Part shown: positions 51,188 through 64,000 of the stretch, piece after piece
Layout: each line of letters starts with the position of its first letter
How positions within the stretch are numbered: the first letter of the stretch is position 1
DNA from: the human T2T-CHM13v2.0 reference genome, Homo sapiens
DNA: 64,000 nucleotides
Direction: 5' to 3' (one strand)
Assembly (NCBI RefSeq): GCF_009914755.1
Contig: NC_060939.1
Notes under the pieces: model-generated
Told to the model about the DNA's origin: nothing
Databases searched by the model: none
What the model saw: the letters and a program-made list of their open reading frames with translations, nothing else
Program-made: the position numbers and the translations under genes

Positions 51188-52474
51188 ATTCCACTTCAAT
51201 TCACATGGCTCCCAGAAGCACCACACTCCTCACTACCCTCTTCTGACCCTGCCAGTACCAGGATACTTCCCCCAGTAAAGCAACATCGTCGTCGAGGAAC
51301 GCCACAGCACACCCTGCACCAGAGACCCCGAGCACCAGGGCTGCACAGGCAGCTTTGACACTGATTTTGATGAGCAGCTCTCTGTCCCTGGGCCACCCCA
51401 TAGCTCCTGAGCCCTCCTAACCCTGGTCCTTTTCAGTGAGATGCCACCTTTATCACATCACTGGGAGAACACAAGGAGGCACATTTCTAACAGTGCCCCA
51501 AGCAGCCATGACTTTGAGCTCTAGTCATGCCAGATTTTCAGGCTTCAGCCCTTCTTTAGACGTCGGCTCCTCCCAGGATGTGCACAAGGACGGTGTCCTG
51601 GTCACTTTGGGCCTCTGCATTTGCTGTTTCCTGCTGGCCTCTGCTCCTCTCCCTGGGCCTCTGTGTCCACTGGTGTCCCTCTGGCCACAGCTGCTGCCAC
51701 TGTGCAGGCCTGGGGTGGGGACAAGAGAGGAGACATCCTTTATGATTCCATCGCAAGCACAGGGCCCCTTAATTTCCAAAGTGGCGCAGAAACCAGCTTG
51801 TAAATTTTGATGAGACTATACAAAACTTTCAGGATCAAGTTTCACAACAGAGAGTTGTGATTTGATGTGATGGTCTCCTTGCCTAGCACTGGGCCTCTCT
51901 CAGGCCGTGGGCCTCACTTCGCAGTGTGAGAGCCTCATAAGCCGTCTGCAGTCCCTAGAATCCAGACTCCATGCCTGACACCCTGGTCCCAGGCTGATGG
52001 TGACAGCAGAAACGGTCACTGTCTTCAACAGAAATCCCGCCCACAGTGTCGGCTCCTCTCCTGACCCCAGTAGGGACGTGGCATCAGAATACAGGAATGT
52101 GAGATCAGCCTGCCTCCAAAAGCCAAGAGGGTCTTAGTTTTGAATGCTTGGTGTGCAGGACATTGACTGCACATTCCAGGTTGAATTTCCCACCTGCAGG
52201 CTCTGCTTGCCTATTTATAGAAGTGCCTCTAACACAGGGCAAAGATGGCGTTTCCCCAGCCTCAGATTGCCTGTTATCTAAGCTTCGTAAAGGCACACAC
52301 ACAGCTTCTCAAGCACCAGCAACTGTATGCAAGCCCAGGACAGTGCCAATCCAGTGGAAAACACAGGAATGCTTCTTGGTGCCTGGGAAGAACCAAGTCT
52401 GCAGAGCAGATGCTCACTCAAACACGAACCACATGTAACATTACCCGACACGACACAGAGCTTCTTAAGAAAGG

Positions 52475-52665
52475 CAGCTGCGGTTTTTCAACTGCGGCTG
52501 CACAGTACAATTAATCACCTGGGGAACACTTGAAATGACTGATGTCCGAGCCACACTCAGAGCGACAGAGTCAGAAGCTCTTAAAGGGTTGGCCCAGGAA
52601 CTGGCATTTTCAAAAAGCTCCCAGATGATTCTGTTGTGCAGCATGTGCTGGAACCTGTGCTCTGA
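52475..52665. mobile_element. MER5-like hAT MITE
   Basis: AATCACCTGGGGAAC...GGCCCAGGAACTGGCATTTTCAAAAAGCTCCCAGATGATTCT. Confidence 0.75.
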
Positions 52666-52691
52666 AATGCCAACATCCAGATGACTGGTGG

Positions 52692-53122
52692 TGTTAGTCA
52701 GAATAAGCTGGGTTCTAGAATAAGCTGGGTTCTCCTACAGTCACTCATAAATCCCAGTATTTTAGTGGCCTATCACAACAAGGGTTCATTTTTCCTTCAC
52801 ACTGCCTGTCCATTAAGGGTCAGCAGGAGACTCCACTCCACACAGGGAGCGAGTCACGGAGGCTTTGTTACTGTGTGACGGACGGCATTCTCTTAAATAC
52901 TTGCTTCCTTGGTTGCCATGGCAGGGGAAGAGACATCTGGAAGGTCACACCAGGCTCTTCTAGGTTTTAGGCTGAAAGTAGCACCTGTCACTCTCTGCCA
53001 TAGCCCCGGCCAGAGCTGGTCACATGGCTCTGGCCGGCAATAAGGCAGCTGGCAAGGAGGTGGTGGTGGGGATGAGCAGGAGGCTGATGGATGTTTGATG
53101 GATGCCATTGTTTCTGCCACAC
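52692..53122 (-). mobile_element. Old MLT1J/K-like LTR
   Basis: TGTTAGTCAGAATAAGCT start; GGCCAGAGCTGGTCACATGGC motif. Confidence 0.65.
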
Positions 53123-53329
53123 TGGTGTTTTACACATCTTGTCCCCCAGTATTGACTTGGTGCTTACTTGACTGAAGGGTCATTTCAGGAAATTATGCCA
53201 GAAGGAAAAACCAGCCAGCCTTAACATAGTGGTCAGGTTTAAGTCTCCATCACTTGGAGCTGCCTGCCATTTTGGCATTTTTGTAGCTTCCAAAAATCCC
53301 ACCAGAGTTTGACAGAAAATGTAGATATT

Positions 53330-54475
<1,146 letters not shown>

Positions 54476-54702
54476 GAGGAATAAAGACAACTCTTGGCTT
54501 CACATTCAAGACTTTTTAAAGATGGACTCCAAACTGACTTGTCCAGTCTCCCATCCCATCATCTCTCCAAACTCACATCAGCTGCACCTGATGACAGGCA
54601 TGACCCAAAACCTGTAAAGTGTTTTGCAGCCCCTCATGCTGTTCACTTTGTCTGAATTGCAGTATCATTATCTTCCAAATGGGGACCCCCTGAACAATCT
54701 TC

Positions 54703-54780
54703 TAGGGTGATGCCCCTGTGAAATCACCACTCTCAAATGTGTCCTGAGCTGGACAATGAATGACAATATATGGTCACCCT
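54703..54780. mobile_element. MER94-like hAT-Blackjack remnant
   Basis: Terminal inverted repeats AGGGTGA...TCACCCT; CACTCTCAAATGTGTCC...TGGACAAT...ATATGGTCACCCT. Confidence 0.6.
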
Positions 54781-55869
54781 CTCCTAGGATAAATTGTCCC
54801 TGCTCTCAACCCCCTAAAGGGTTGGATGTCTCCCTTCTGCACAGCATACCTTCCTGGACATATTTTCACCATAGCTTTCTGCTCCCCAGCAGCAGTGAGC
54901 TGGCACACAGTAGGCACTCTAAGCCCTAGCCAGGGGTGTTAGTGGAATGAAAGAATGTTACGACCTCATTTTTAAAATAAGAGGAGCTGTCCTTGCAGGG
55001 CACCTCCCTCCTCAGCATGTGCCCACAGAAGCTTTCCTGATGGGTAGCCCTAGGCCACGCTGCTAGCTGCTCAGCCAGCACCCACAGAGAAGTGAAGACA
55101 GGAAGGGACTCCTGCAGGGAAATTGCTGGGGCCGTTGGGAAATGTATGCTGTGGGCTTGGAGCCTGCGAAATGGGGAGAGAGGAGAGGAGAGGGTCTGGA
55201 AGGTGGAAGGAAGGGATGTAGGACAGAAAGAAGAAAAAAGAGGAATGGAGCAAGAGAAAAGAGAAGAAAATGGCAGATGAGGGAAAGAGGGAGAGAAGAA
55301 GACAGAAATGGAGGAGGAGGAAAGGAGGCAGCAAGGCTATGCCCTGCTCGTCGCTCTCACACAGCTATTTTGGGGGGTGCTAATTTCCTGGCTATTTGGG
55401 GAAACTTTGCAGGCATATTCACTTATCTTGAATGTTTTGGGCTTCACCAGCCTATGACTGCAAAATAAGGTCACATTCCTTTTAACTAGTCAAACGAAAA
55501 TAGGATAAAAGCTCTACTGCCTGTGATGTTAGACTCCCCTGAAGAGGTCCGATGGCCCTATTTCTGGGGGTTCCTTGGGGTGCAGTTCCCTGTTTGCTCA
55601 GAGGGTGGTGCCGGTCAAGGCTTTGCACCCTGGTCCCTCTTCCTGTGCTCGGGGCTGCCTCTGGGGTTGTGACCCTGGGAGGTCCTCTTCTTGGAAGCCT
55701 CCACCATTCCAGTGATTCCCCTGCACCCGCCACCCTGAACTCAGGGGAGAGGGACTGTGTTCCCTTTTCACTCCTCAGGCTCTCCTCTCAACTTCCCAAA
55801 CTGCACAGCTGGCTCCAGGCCCTAATTACTGATGAGGCTTTCCTGAGAGTTGAGTGAAAATGAATAAAA

Positions 55870-56065
55870 ATTAGGAGATATACCTAATGTTAAATGACGA
55901 GTTAGTGGGTGCAGCACACCAACATGGCACATGTATACACATGTAACAAACCTGCACATTGTGCACATATACCCTAAAACTTAAAGTGTAATAATAATAA
56001 AATTTTAAAAAAATAAAATTAAAAAAATTAAAAAAAAATAGATGAATGGATAAAGAGAAAAAAAT
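55870..56065 (+). mobile_element. Young, severely 5'-truncated L1PA (PA2-PA4-like) 3' end with complex tail
   Basis: TAGGAGATATACCTAATGTTAAATGACGAGTTA...CCCTAAAACTTAAAGT; candidate TSD AAAATGAAT (55857-55865 / 56066-56074). Confidence 0.93.
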
Positions 56066-56288
56066 AAAATGAATGCATGAATGAAAAAAAAAAAAAAAAA
56101 GAAGCACGGCCTAGGACGTCACTTACAAAGATGCTAATCTTTAAGGTCCTTCCCTGGGGACTTCCCAGCCTGGCCCCCACCCTGCAGGCATTCAGCAGGG
56201 CCCCCCTCTACTCCTCCCTTATTCCCCACAGCCATGTGGCCCCTGAGATGAGGCCATTTTTCCTCCTCTGAGACCCGCCGCTGGAGTC

Positions 56289-56763
56289 TGTATTCGTCTC
56301 CCATGACTGCCGTAACAAATGACCATAAATCTGGTGGCTTAAAACAATAGAAATTTATTCGCCCAGTTCTGGAGGCCAGACGTTCAGGATTGAAGGGTTG
56401 GCAGGATTGGTTCCCTCCGGAGGCTCTGAGGGAGAAACTGTCCCTTGTTTCTCTCCTAGCTTGTGGCAGCTGGGGCCATGCTTGGGGCTCCCTTGGCTTG
56501 TTGAGGCACCACTCCAACCTCTGCCTCCATCTTCACATGGTCCTTTTCTCTGTGTGTCTTAAATCTCCCTCTCCTTATTCTTGTAAGGACAACAGTTATT
56601 GGATTTAGGGCCTACCCTAAATAAAGGATGATCTCATCGCAAGAGCCTTAACTTACTTACATCTGCAAAGACTCTATTTCCAAATAAGGTCACATTCACA
56701 GGTACCAAGGGTCAAGACTTGGACATATTTATATTTTCTGAGGCCACAATTCAACTCACCACA
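56289..56763 (-). mobile_element. Solo MLT1C-like LTR
   Basis: TG...CA termini; ACATCTGCAAAGACTCTATTTCCAAATAAGGTCACATTC; perfect TSD GAGTC. Confidence 0.93.
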
Positions 56764-58002
56764 GAGTCCTTTTTTCCTATTTCAGGGTGGGCATTTTCTA
56801 GGATGAAGGGCTGTTATTCCTATATCAGCTACAAGTACGTGGTCTTGCTCTTTGATCCCCAGAGACAACTAAATTACATTGAACACACGAGTCCGATATC
56901 CATTCTTGTTATACACATCCTTTTAAAGGACACTTGGAGTGGCTTGCAGGGTGAACTGGGTGGACAGGGGCGCCCTAACCATCAGAAGGATAGTTCATGT
57001 CATAAACAGAAGGGTATGAGACACTAAATCCTCATGGAAGAGGAGCAGCAGGGGTAACAGTGGTCGTTAACTCCCGCATTGTAAAGGCAGCAGACTGGGA
57101 GCTGGAAGGGGGCAGCCAGAGATTCCGCGAATGCCTTAGGATGGCTCTAGCTCACCAAAGCTTGAATCCGTTAATGACCAGGTGCTGATAGTAGAATTAG
57201 AAGAGGCTGCCATGGTCACACAGTCCAGCTTTTCCTAAACTGTGCCTGCCAAGGACTAAGAATGTTGCAGCAGGCATTAAATAGGAGAGGGGATGGGGGA
57301 AGAGTTAATTATGTGATCAAACCAGCAGAGAACACCAGAGTTAAGCAAAGATGAATGCATTTCCATCGTGAAGAACTTCTTGGTATCTTAAGCCAAGGGT
57401 TGCAAATGGAAATGTCTACAGGGGCCAGACAAGTAGTGGGGATGACAGGGACCATAGTGACCAGACAGGGACTGTGGGACACTGGGGAGTGTCAGCCCTG
57501 TCTTTGAGGGCAGGCATCATTGTACAGGCACTTCTGATCTGATGTTAGGAGGGGTTGAGGCTGCTGAGGTAAGGAGTCCAAGGCAAAATACACAAATGCC
57601 AGGGAGGATTAGGCAATAAAATTTCAAAAAGAGCCCATGTGGCAAACTGAGCCAAGAGAAAGTGATCACCATAATGGGCATTGCACACAGCCCTGCTTCC
57701 CTCTGCAGCCTGCAGCATTCGGCTGCTTTAGTGCATTTTGCAAACTTGTCGGTGCAAAACATCGATATGTCAGGAAAAGCTGAGTAGGAACCCGAGCTCT
57801 GCAACAGAGCAACAACTTTCTTCCACTCACTGGTTCTGCTCACCAGTTAGTATGAGCTATCTTACGTTGCAGCCGAGTAGACTATACTCTTGTCCCAGTT
57901 CCCCTGCTGAAGACCTGAGTTTAGATGCTGGCTCAGGCTTCCCCACTTATTAGTTATGTGACCTTGAGCATGATTCTAAACCTTTGTAAATCTCCATTTC
58001 TC

Positions 58003-58517
58003 TGTTTCAGCTATTCATTGGTGTGTAACAACCCATCCCCAAACAGTGTCTTAAATGAATAACAATAATTTATTTTTCTTCATCAGGAGTTAAGTGAGCT
58101 CAGCTCGGCGGTTCTCAGGATCTCGCAGGTGGTTGCAGTCACTCAGTGGCTGGGACTGGGCTGGGGTGTTCTCAATGTCATCTTCACCCACATGTCTGGC
58201 TCCTGAGCTGGGGAGATTCACACAGCTGGGGCTGGAATAGCTGGGGCTCCTCAAGCATCCCTTTTTCCACATGGTCTCTCCGCCTGGTGGCCTCCAGGCA
58301 GACTCCTGACGTGGCGGCCCAGGGTTCCCAGAGCAAGTGTCCCAAGAAAGCCTGGCAGAAGCTCTGTGGCCTTTTTTATCCCAGCCCTGGGAGTCACACA
58401 GTATGACTTCCACCTCATTTTATTCATTGAGGCATCCACAGAGGCTCATCCAGACTCAAGGAGAGGGGACATGGACTCCACCTCTTAATGGAGTGAGTGT
58501 CAAAGAATCTGTGGGCT
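58003..58517 (-). mobile_element. MLT1F/G/H-like LTR; its last ~20 bp are displaced to ~59108-59130 by an L1
   Basis: CAGCTATTCATTGGTGTGTAACAACC...CAGACTCAAGGAGAGGGGACATGGACTCCACCTCTTAATGG; resumes ...TTTTAAAACCACTACA. Confidence 0.75.
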
Positions 58518-59104
58518 CTTTTTTTTTTTAATTTTTAGTTTTTGAGGGTACATAGTAAGTGTATATATTTATGGGTTACATGAGATGTTTTTATAAGGCA
58601 TGCAATGCGTAATAATGACATCATGGAGAATGGGGTATCCTTCTCCTCAAGCATTGATCCTTTGTGTTACAAACAGTCCAGTTATACTTTTTTAGTGATT
58701 TTAAAATGTACCATTAAATTATCGTTGGCTATGGTCACCCTGTTTTGCTATGGAATAGTAGATCTTATTCATTCTTTTAATTTTTTGTACCAATTCACCA
58801 TCTCCAACTCCCCCCAGCCCCTTCACTACCCTTCCCAGCCTCTGGTAACCATTCTTCTACTGTCTATCTCCATGAGTTCAATTGTTTTGATTTTTAGCTC
58901 CCACAAATCAGAGAGAACATGTGATGTGCTTGTCTTCCTGTGCCTGGATTATTTCACTTAACATAGTGACCTCTACTTTCATCCACGGTATTGCAAATGA
59001 CAGGATCTCATCGTTTTTGATGGCAGAATAGTACTCCATTGTGTGTACCTACCATGTTTTCTTTATCCACTCATCTGTTGATGGACACTTAGGTTGTTTC
59101 CAAG
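58518..59104 (-). mobile_element. L1MA (MA1-4-like) 3' fragment
   Basis: Poly(T), then GGTACATAGTAAGTGTATATATTTATGGG...CCCAGCCTCTGGTAACCATTCTTCTAC...GATGGACACTTAGGTTG. Confidence 0.92.
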
Positions 59105-59202
59105 TGTACACATGTTTTAAAACCACTACATTATCCAGTAAATGGGGCCAATATTACCATTTCCCATAGAATGGAAGCACCACAGTTTATTTCACCTGAT
59201 TT

Positions 59203-59215
59203 TTCTTTTCTTTCT

Positions 59216-59308
<93 letters not shown>

Positions 59309-59715
59309 TTTCTCTCTGTCTCTCTCTTTCTTTCTCTCTTTCTCTCTTTCTTTTTTGATAGAGTTTCACTCTTGTTGCCCAGGCTGGAGTGCAATAAAAA
59401 TATCTTGGCTCACAGCAACCTCCAACCCCCCCGGGTTCAAGCAATTCTCCTGCCTCAGCCTCCCGACTAGCTGGGATTACAGGCGTGCACTACCATGCCC
59501 AGCTAATTTCTTTTGTATTTATTTATTTATTTGCACCACCACACCCAGCTAATTTCTTTTGTATTATTTATTTATTTATTTTTATTTTTATTTTTTAGTA
59601 GAGACGGGATTTCTCCATGTTGGTCAGGCTGGTCTCAAACTCCCGACCTCAGGTGATCCGCCTGCCTCAGCCTTCCAAAGTGCTGGGATTACAGCATGAG
59701 CCACCACGCCTGGCC
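59203..59715 (-). mobile_element. AluS with (TTTC)n expanded tail (59203-59355) and internal 46-bp duplication
   Basis: Perfect 15-bp TSD TATTTCACCTGATTT at 59188-59202 and 59716-59730. Confidence 0.96.
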
Positions 59716-61084
59716 TATTTCACCTGATTTCTAAAAGCAGCCATTTTCGTTATTCCAGTGTTTTGGCCATTATACATAATGGTGAAGGGAACATCTCTGT
59801 GCATAGTTTTTTCTTTTCTATCTTCTGCTATTTGCATGGGGCTTCCAAGAAGGGAGATTGCAGGATCAAAGGGTAGGAACGTTTTAATCCAGTCTTCAGT
59901 TTTCAAGCATCTTTGAAGATATGGTGAGAAGCCTCCCAGGCTGAATCACACTTTCCACACCTTGGCTGTGTGTGTACATGGGCTGTGTGCGTATTTTGGG
60001 GCCTGGACTGAATGTGATTTTTGCTTGCTTACTTTTCGCCTTCACAATGCATAATAAAAATGCTTTTGCTTGAACACAGATAGGTTCAAAACCTAAAAAC
60101 AGCTCCTGTGTGCTGCAGGGGAAGGTTATCTTTTTGTGAAATTCTGATGTGTCCAACTGGGGACAGGACAAAGCAGAGGGGACATGGAGGGACCCTGATC
60201 TGTAGGCAGTTAGTGGAGTTACAGGCCCACACTCACTCTGAGTAATGTTCCTCAGCCTTTTAGAAATATAAGCCCACATTTCCTCTAAAGCTTTCTTCCT
60301 TGATCTTCTGGATGAGCCCAGAAGTTGCATTATTTTGTGTAGTGTGCTCTATGCAAGCATTTGAATAAGATCTTCTCAAGCCATATCTTTTTCTTCCCTC
60401 CAGGGCTCCTCAACTGGAGGTTGGGCTGCTCTCTGCTCATAAGCCCTGTGTCTCCTTGACGAAGACTAAGAAGAGATCTGGAGCTATGACTACCATTTCA
60501 ATGATTATTATTAGGGCAAACCTCCTCTGGGGAGGGATCTAGATAATTGCTTCTAGAATTGGCTTCTCTTTACTGTCTATGGCTTTGAAGTCAAATGACA
60601 CATGCTAGGTACTTTCTATTTTAAGTTTTTGCTGGGTTTATGGGAGAGAGTTGGAATGTTAGAACTTTGTTTTTGTTTGTTTGTTTGTTTGTTTAAAGTA
60701 AATTTAGCCAGTAACCTTAGGAGGGACTTGTCACTTGGTTAAATCCTTTCACAGCAACATGGCAGAGAGAGCCCAGCCCTGAACTTGAGAGTCACAAGAC
60801 TAGCGTCTTAGCTCCAGCTCTGTCATTAACCTGGTGGGTGACTTTGGACAAATCACTTCCTTCATATCTTCAGATGCCCCACTTGAGAAGTATGGACTTG
60901 AACTTGGCCAACTCCTACAGTCATCACAAGTCTAAAATTTGATAATTTGTGAAAGCCAGCTCTGAGTGTCTTTACTCCGAGAATCCTTTTAGAATTCCTT
61001 CCATCTTCCTCTGGCCAGCTCCAGATAAACACAAGGGTTAGGGCCTGGAGGAGAAGCACGTACTATATTCTTGGCAAAAGGGGT

Positions 61085-61447
61085 TGTCTTGTCTGTTATA
61101 ACAAAATACTATAAACTGGGTGGTTTATAAACAACAGAAGTTTATTTTTCAGAGTTTTGGAGGCTGGGAAGCCCAAGATCAAGATGCAAGCAGATTTGCT
61201 GTCTGGTGAGAGCCCACTTCCTCACAGACAGTGCCTTCTTGCTGCATCCTCCCATGGTAGAAGGGACAAAATAGCTTTCTGGGATCTTTTTTTATAAGGA
61301 CACGAATCCCAATCATGTGGACTTTGCCTTCACGACCTAGTCACCTCCTAAAGGTCCTACCCATCTCCTAATACCATCATCTTGGAAGTTAGAATTTCAA
61401 CATATGAAATGGAGGCAGGCAGGAGCACAAACATTCAGACCATAGGA
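61085..61447 (-). mobile_element. Solo MLT1A-like LTR
   Basis: ATAACAAAATACTATAAACTGGGTGG...CATCTCCTAATACCATCATCTTGG...AAACATTCAGACCATAG. Confidence 0.9.
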
Positions 61448-61470
61448 GGAATTTAAAATGACAGAGAGAT

Positions 61471-61840
61471 TGTCTTAAGCTGGGATCTCCCAGAAGCAGA
61501 TCTGTAGACAAGGACTTGAAGTGGTTTATTCAGGAGATTGAGGTGGGGAGTGAGATGGGGCAGAGAAGGAGGCTAACACAGAGAGTGCTGGTGAGCAGGC
61601 CATCACTGTGGGCAGCTGGGCTGCAATCCTGCTGAAGGCTTCTGGAAAAACACCTCAGAGTTGTCCACCTGAGGATGAGATCGCTGGCGTATCTATCCCC
61701 CAAGGGGTGCTAACCACCCCCCGGCCCCGCCTTGCACAAGCCAAGGAAAAGCTCTTGGGTGGAGCATTGCTGATGTTTGCAGTGGGCATGCACAGCATGT
61801 GCAGAGGATATGGGTGGGGCTTTGACAACGTCTGCTACTG
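61471..61840 (-). mobile_element. LTR16-like ERVL LTR
   Basis: CTCCCAGAAGCAGATCTGTAGACAAGGA...GTGGTTTATT and CACTGTGGGCAGCTGGGGCT motifs. Confidence 0.6.
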
Positions 61841-62432
61841 CTAATGCCATGTGGCACGTTGTTCCGATTTTCCTGGTTGCTCACTGTATTAAAGTGCATA
61901 AGAAATATACTTTGCATGAGATTCTGCATGGGTTTAACAAGTTTAGGAGTCTTTTGATGTCCCATTTTGTCAGGTAAACAGAGACTGTATTGAATTAGAA
62001 GGAAATATCTCATTCAGCAAGAGGCTGGAGACATGGGAAGGATATATAAAGGTCTATGTTGAAATCATATGACATTGAATAAACTTACAGAGTTTGTGGT
62101 GAGAACAATGATGGAAATCCTATAAGGAAGGGGTTCAGGTGTGGAAATCAGGGCATGCATGGAACTTAGATGCCAGGAGCATCATGTAGACATTGTGTAA
62201 ATGAGGACGGCCTGATGCTTTTCCCACTGACATGCTGCTAGCCAGAGTAAATTAGCCAAGGATCCATTGGTTCACCTTTTCTCCTCCATTCTGCCTGCAC
62301 CGTTGTTGTGGGGAAGGAAATCTTAAAAGGGTGCAAGGAAGAGGAACCAACACCACCCACTTTGATTAGTGTTTGTGAGCATCTACTATGGCAGACAGGA
62401 CACTCAACATTCGGGGTACTCAGAGTGAGGCA

Positions 62433-62552
62433 CTAGTCCCAGCTTCTCAGGAGGCTGAGGCGGGAGGATCGCTTGAGCCCAGGAGTTCAAGGCTGCAGTG
62501 AACTGTGATCACATTACTGCACTCCAGCCTGGGCAACACAGCAAGATCCTGT
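62433..62552 (+). mobile_element. AluJ right-arm fragment within L2 (~62360-63100, - strand)
   Basis: AGTCCCAGC...GGAGGATCGCTTGAGCCCAGGAGTTCAAGGCTGCAGTGA. Confidence 0.9.
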
Positions 62553-64000
62553 TTTGTTTTTTTGTTTAAAGTGGGACAGCCCTGTCCTTTAAGGGAAGAC
62601 AGAGTGAAATATAATTACAGTGAGAGGCAGAGGAATAAGGATCAGGAGAGAGGTATGAATGCACTGCTAGGCAGAACAGAGTAGAGGGCCTTCTTTCTGA
62701 CTGTCAAGATCCAGGCAGGTGTCTTAGAGGGCATGGCAACTGAGCAGTGCTTTGAATTTGAATGGAGCAGGCACCTTTATATGAATAGAACTGGAATAGT
62801 CAAAGGTATGGAGAAGGGAAAGTTGAGGGTGTATCTGGGTTTCACTGGATGGTCTGATGTGACTGAGGCCTCAGCTTCATGCAAGGATATCATGGACAAC
62901 ATATGGAAAAAGGAGGAGGGGCCAGGCTGTATAGAGCCCTGGGTTGGAAAGAGGAGACAGGAGGGGGCTGTGGGGGCAATGGGAGCCGCTGAGGTGTCCA
63001 GAGCAAGGCATGGAGGGGTGGGCCTTTAAAGAACAAGGCTATGAGAGTTACCCATGACTCAGAAGCACCCAGTGTAGAAGCAGAGTGTCTGGTATGGTGG
63101 AAGTGAGGTGGTTTCTTGTGCATGGAGGTTTCTGAAAAGAAATCTCTACCTTTGGTTTTCTTTCTTCTGGAGAATAAGGCACAGACCTGGGACTTGAACA
63201 TTGGTCTTCTAACCCCTCAGTAACCACCTGCCTCCATCTTATGGGGTCTATTTTTCCTGGTGGGAGAGTCTACCTTTCTGGATTGCTTCTGTCTAATTTC
63301 CATACCCACTTCCATCTCACAAGCCAGCCCACTCTGGGTTTGCAGAGTGGGCCGGCTAAGGATTAATCTGAGAATTGAAATCCCAAGAACTGTGGACTGT
63401 CTGAGACAGAGGACAGAATCAGGTTTCTCCAGGATGACTGGCTCCTGTGGGGAGACCTACTTGCTGGCACGCTTTGGAAGAAAAGGATAGGAAACTGGAT
63501 TTTGAGGGTTTTTTTTTTTTAAATTTAAGTGTATTTATTGGCACCAGGGCCAGTATTAACAAAAACTTAAATTCCCAAGCAGCCTCCTTCACTTCTTGAC
63601 CCGGCAAGGAAATGATTTCCCTGCTTATTCACTCACTTACCAAATATTTGTTGAGCATCTACTATCTGCAGTCTTTGCTCTAGGCACTTTGAAAGCAGGA
63701 ATGAACAGGCGGACAAGTTTCCCGCCCTCCCAGAGTTTGTGTTCTAGTGGAAGACACAGAGAATAAACAAAGGACAAGGAGGTGCAGGAGATGCTGTCTC
63801 ACATCCTTCATCCTTCCAGGCTCATGGCTTCTAGGAGAGGAAACCTTTTCCTGTGCCTGGCCTTCAAGACCCTTCCAAATCGGTGCCCATCCACCTCTCC
63901 AGCCACTTCTGCCCAGCCTCCACTTCAAATGTAAGTATAAAGTAGAACAAGAGATCAGAGCCAGAGATGATAACTAGGTCCAGGTGGGGGCATAGTTATC

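Noticed and set aside
51201-51401. 66-aa - strand ORF with a hydrophobic, signal-like stretch
   Set aside because: Non-ATG start, no recognisable family and no clear exon structure; compatible with chance in GC-rich DNA.

Overview
This is primate, very probably human, non-coding genomic DNA, judged from the Alu, THE1 and L1PA elements. I cannot identify the locus. I find no credible protein-coding gene, RNA gene, CpG island or CRISPR-like array. The supplied ORFs are short and mostly fall in retroelements or simple repeats. The window is a mosaic of interspersed repeats. These include two THE1 (MaLR) proviruses (one complete with target-site duplications (TSDs), one with a truncated LTR), many solo MST/MLT/LTR16/LTR33-type LTRs, more than a dozen Alus or Alu monomers, L1/L2/MIR fragments, hAT MITEs, a ~2.1 kb Zaphod-like hAT fossil and a CR1/L3 reverse-transcriptase fossil. 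Subfamily names come from recalled consensus sequences, not from a search. The most interesting non-repeat signals are regulatory: recurring RFX X-box motifs (including a perfect 18-bp palindrome), a near-consensus CTCF site and several transcription-factor motif clusters. There are also small structural oddities: a 44-bp self-complementary segment copied 2.2 kb away, a hairpin with an AP-1 site in its loop, a 23-bp Alu TSD, and Alu tails expanded into long microsatellites. The sequence alone does not support a new biological system; the best lead is a possible RFX-rich distal enhancer region.
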